From positions 64,001 through 128,000 of the forward strand of contig CAWGVG010000029.1 of assembly GCA_963825865.1 (NCBI GenBank): a stretch of DNA of 64,000 bases. Reading direction: 5' to 3'. Under the pieces are notes generated by a model. It had not been told where the DNA came from. It worked only from the letters and a program-made list of their open reading frames with translations, and searched no databases. The position numbers and the translations under genes were made by a program. Shown in pieces: positions 60,704 through 64,000 of the stretch (the stretch's first letter is position 1; each line of letters opens with the position of its first letter). The DNA comes from an uncultured Nitrososphaeraceae archaeon (lineage in GTDB: Archaea > Thermoproteota > Nitrososphaeria > Nitrososphaerales > Nitrososphaeraceae).

Positions 60704-61292
60704 TTATCCTACCTCGATCGATACATAATGATTTTCTATGATTCCATTTACGTCTTTTAATATCCCAAAGTTAACTTTGGTATCAGTCTGCCACTCGAAT
60801 ATACGTCCACTATCACCATTACTACCTTTGATGAACTTTGAAATTATTGTCTCTGCCTTGGCAAAGTCAGAATCAGACAGATAATCTGCATCTGCTTCCT
60901 TAAAGGCTAGTGGTAAGGAAATTACAGTAGGTTTTGACAGTGTCAATCCAGCAGGCTGTGAAAATCTTTTCCAGCTTTTCAATTCTGTTGGGTTTATCCA
61001 GAAGAGTCCCATTTCTATTCTTCTGCTCTGCTGCAGACAAATCAGAGATTTTTAGCAAATAATTCTGAAAAGATTGCTGAGTAGTGTTGCCTAGTCCAAC
61101 GTAAAAGTTTCCCGTTACAGAAGCACCGACTGTTGCAATTGTACCTAAATGCGTTGCAAAACCCCCACCACTATCCGCAGTACTAGCTGTATAAACTGGA
61201 ATGAAGTAAACTTCTTGGTCCCCTAATCTATAGAGAACATTATCACCAACTCTAAGGTTATTCAAATACTCTGCCTTGGTATCATCCAACAA
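60704..61292 (-). pseudogene. C-terminal fragment of a UPF0182-like membrane protein
   Basis: RVGDNVLYRLGDQEVYFIPVYTA; the upstream large membrane part is absent. Confidence 0.55.
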
Positions 61293-61897
61293 AGCGAGCT
61301 AATTAATCCTAAAGTCTCTTTAATGTGTTTTTTTAAGGGACATTTACGATGGACTTGATTTTTTTGAGCTCGACCACCATCTGAGGTTAATTTTCAATTG
61401 TAATGATAGGGTTAAACAAAAGTATAGTAATTTTGGTATAATGCTACCGCCATGACCGATGTATGTATGTGTGTATGCCGAGGCGATCGTAACTAGGTGT
61501 CAGCAACCCTTGAAATAGTGAATGTCATGCGAGCAGCAAGGATCAAATTTCAAAATAATTTAAGACAGTTATTATTTTTTCTATATAGTACAATGACCTC
61601 TTTTTGTGAAATGATTGAAACCGATCAATTTTTTTGCTGCTGAAATTAGAGTTCTAAGCCAAAGCAATGCTATTATTATCACCTTAAATTTACTTTCTGC
61701 TCTATCTCTTTATTTAATCCAAATTGATTGATGCTTCAACAGGCTATCTATGCCTAAAATCTTACTAATACTGCATGTACTTTTTTATAAATTATATTTA
61801 AAGATAATAAATCATACTAATATTTTGATAATTAAAGTATTATTATGAAATATACTTGTATGAAGTTCTTATAAATATGTTCTATAATCACAATATT

Positions 61898-62308
61898 ATG
61901 TCTAGAAAACAAACAATAGCAATCTTTAGTGCACTTCTTACAGCACTTGCACTATCGACAACGCTGGGCGGTTTTGCTGTTACTTCAGCGTCAGCTCAGG
62001 GCGAAACCAAGGTTTCAATAGTATCCGGAGCATCTACGATGGCTGATAAAGCATTTTCACCAAATCCAGTCAATGTAAAAGTTGGAGATACTGTAACATG
62101 GACTAATGACGACAGTCAACCTCATACAGTTGTATCCGGTTCAGGGTCTAGTGATCCGAAGATGGGAAAAGATTTTAATTCATCACCCAATTTCAATCCA
62201 TTGCTAGTGTCAAAGCAAACATTCCAGCACAAGTTTACTACTGCAGGAGAACTTCCTTATTTCTGCGCACTTCACCCTACGATGGTAGGTAAGGTTGTCG
62301 TGTCCTAG
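61898..62308 (+). CDS. secreted plastocyanin/cupredoxin (type 1 Cu)
   Basis: Signal peptide; FSPNPVNVKVGDTVTWTN, PHTV, YFCALHPTMVGKV (H, C, H, M ligands). Confidence 0.9.
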   Translation: MSRKQTIAIFSALLTALALSTTLGGFAVTSASAQGETKVSIVSGASTMADKAFSPNPVNVKVGDTVTWTNDDSQPHTVVSGSGSSDPKMGKDFNSSPNFNPLLVSKQTFQHKFTTAGELPYFCALHPTMVGKVVVS

Positions 62309-62652
62309 AGTAAGTGACTGTTATGGATTGTTGACTGTATTCCTTGCTTATGTAGACTAAGGAAGACTCAACCGACCCCAAAACAAACAATTTAGCCTAT
62401 TTTATCTAGGCTAATTATCATCATTTCTTTCTTCCTTTTTTCAAACAAAGCAATTTTTTTCTGCCGATCCTTTTGCCAAAAGGTGGCAATGTGGGTTTGC
62501 AATTCAAACTGAATGGATATATCTATAACAAAGAGAAAATATTTATCTTCCACTCTCCATGATATCGATTTTAAACATCAATTTTTTTTGCAAACTCACC
62601 CATGATTCTTTTTATTAGATAGATTACATTAGGGATATTTTCGGCGAGTGCA

Positions 62653-63801
62653 TTAATTTACTTCTGCAAGTCCTTTACAGATCAGGTATACCGCTGCATA
62701 GACAGGTAATCTTGCAGTTTGTTTACTTATATTGAATGACTGACCTTTTAGCTTCAGTTTTACTGGCGCCTTTATCTCTACGTTAACTTCCCTGTCTGTT
62801 AAAAGGCATGCATCAGTTAGCGGATCAAACGATTCCATATCGTTGCACCTCATTTTAGTCAATCCACTTTTGCTGTTTAGGCTACCAGCCATTCTGAACA
62901 CTCTATGAATATCCATTGTTACCTGAGGATCGATTCTGACTCCAACGTCTTTAGTAACTTTGACCAGTTCTGTCTTAAAGCCATTGTATCCTCCTTTCTG
63001 TTGAACTATGTTGCTTAACTTAACTGTCGACGATTGATCAATTCCTAATTTTTCTGCTATTTTTTTACGCCAGCCGTACAACATCCCGCTCTTAGGAAAT
63101 TTAATAAAGAAACCATCGAATGCTTTTCTTACACCGATGCCCTCTGTCATCATATCGTTGCCCATTAGATAACCTACAATATCTGACCTAGCTTGTGAAT
63201 CCAAAGGATGGAATTCACTATCTGAAATATGAATATGGTACCCATTGTTACCTGAAAAATAGACCTGAATAGCCTTTTCCATGATACCAAGATCATACAT
63301 TAACATCTCGATTAGATGTTTTACTTCTTTTTTCAAAGCATAGTTGCATTTGTTACATATTAGAGATATATGATTTAGCTTTCCAGTTTTACATGATGGG
63401 CATAATTCAGACCTGCTTTTTTGCACTTTTCCACAATTTGCGCATATAAAGTATGAATGTGTTAGCTCACATAGCAAATGCAAATCCTTTGCATCAATAT
63501 CAAAAATAAGATCTGCTCCGATCCACTGCTTTTCTTGCATATTATATGTAGGAAATCTGTAATATGCATTTGAACAGTAAACATCAGAAGGAACATCCTT
63601 AATCAAAGTTGCCAAAAGCTCGCCAATATTTCTAAATGCAAGATGTCTTAACATTGCTCCTGATCCAAATTGCCTGTACCCAAATTCACGTTTCTCTATA
63701 CGTTCTGGAACCTCAATAATTTTACTATACTTGAAATAAAATTCTCTGAATACACTCCTAACAAGTGCTGTACTTTTTTCTGCAGATTTAGTGCTAATCA
63801 T
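62653..63801 (-). CDS. priS: DNA primase small subunit
   Basis: KREFG, DLIFDID, FSGNNGYH, IDPQVT, RVFRMAGSLNSKSG. Confidence 0.92.
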   Translation of the reverse strand: MISTKSAEKSTALVRSVFREFYFKYSKIIEVPERIEKREFGYRQFGSGAMLRHLAFRNIGELLATLIKDVPSDVYCSNAYYRFPTYNMQEKQWIGADLIFDIDAKDLHLLCELTHSYFICANCGKVQKSRSELCPSCKTGKLNHISLICNKCNYALKKEVKHLIEMLMYDLGIMEKAIQVYFSGNNGYHIHISDSEFHPLDSQARSDIVGYLMGNDMMTEGIGVRKAFDGFFIKFPKSGMLYGWRKKIAEKLGIDQSSTVKLSNIVQQKGGYNGFKTELVKVTKDVGVRIDPQVTMDIHRVFRMAGSLNSKSGLTKMRCNDMESFDPLTDACLLTDREVNVEIKAPVKLKLKGQSFNISKQTARLPVYAAVYLICKGLAEVN

Positions 63802-64000
63802 AACGCTTCTCTAAATTCCGCCCGAATTGAATTGGGTTTGTTATGCCATTACATTTTTCAGTCGCAAAACAAAGATTTTCGTTTCGAAGTTTTTCACACG
63901 AAGGAACAGAATATTTTACATGGCTCGCCTCTAATGCCAGCAAGATGCTCTACCTGATACCTTGTAACCTTTTCATTATAATCCGGTGCATTATGGAATA
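63794..64000 (-). CDS. priL: DNA primase large subunit, C-terminal part (5'-partial, frameshifted)
   Basis: Own translation: APDYNEKVTRYQVEHLAG...KYSVPSCEKLRNENLC...CNGITNPIQF; stop overlaps the priS start. Confidence 0.82.

Overview
AT-rich archaeal chromosome segment. Gene content and protein style point to a soil ammonia-oxidising archaeon (Nitrososphaeraceae, Thaumarchaeota): ESCRT-III plus SepF, two-domain multicopper oxidase, cupredoxin, thiolase-DUF35 and class II RNR. Housekeeping blocks (aCPSF1-like nuclease, lhr, thiolase/DUF35, hsp20-cdc48, pfdA-ftsY-argF, map, tRNA-Pro, pyrB, nrdJ, priS/priL) alternate with IS-rich accessory patches. Many genes, including essential ones, carry single-base frameshifts that are most likely long-read consensus errors. 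Three main observations. (1) A ~28.4 kb inversion lies between two inverted IS copies. It is shown by swapped 8-bp target duplications and by a type III methyltransferase gene whose halves sit ~29.5 kb apart on opposite strands. (2) Undoing the inversion places a wHTH + ATP-cone + class III RNR-like protein that lacks the glycyl-radical motif ~2.6 kb upstream of, and co-oriented with, nrdJ. This suggests an RNR-derived nucleotide-sensing regulator. (3) Two tyrosine-recombinase elements are bounded by quasi-palindromic direct repeats (22 bp and 16 bp) at non-tRNA sites. One carries signalling and secreted cargo; the other has collapsed to an integrase/MCM chimera. No CRISPR array or rRNA gene was seen. 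All family calls come from motif recognition by eye; no database searches were run.
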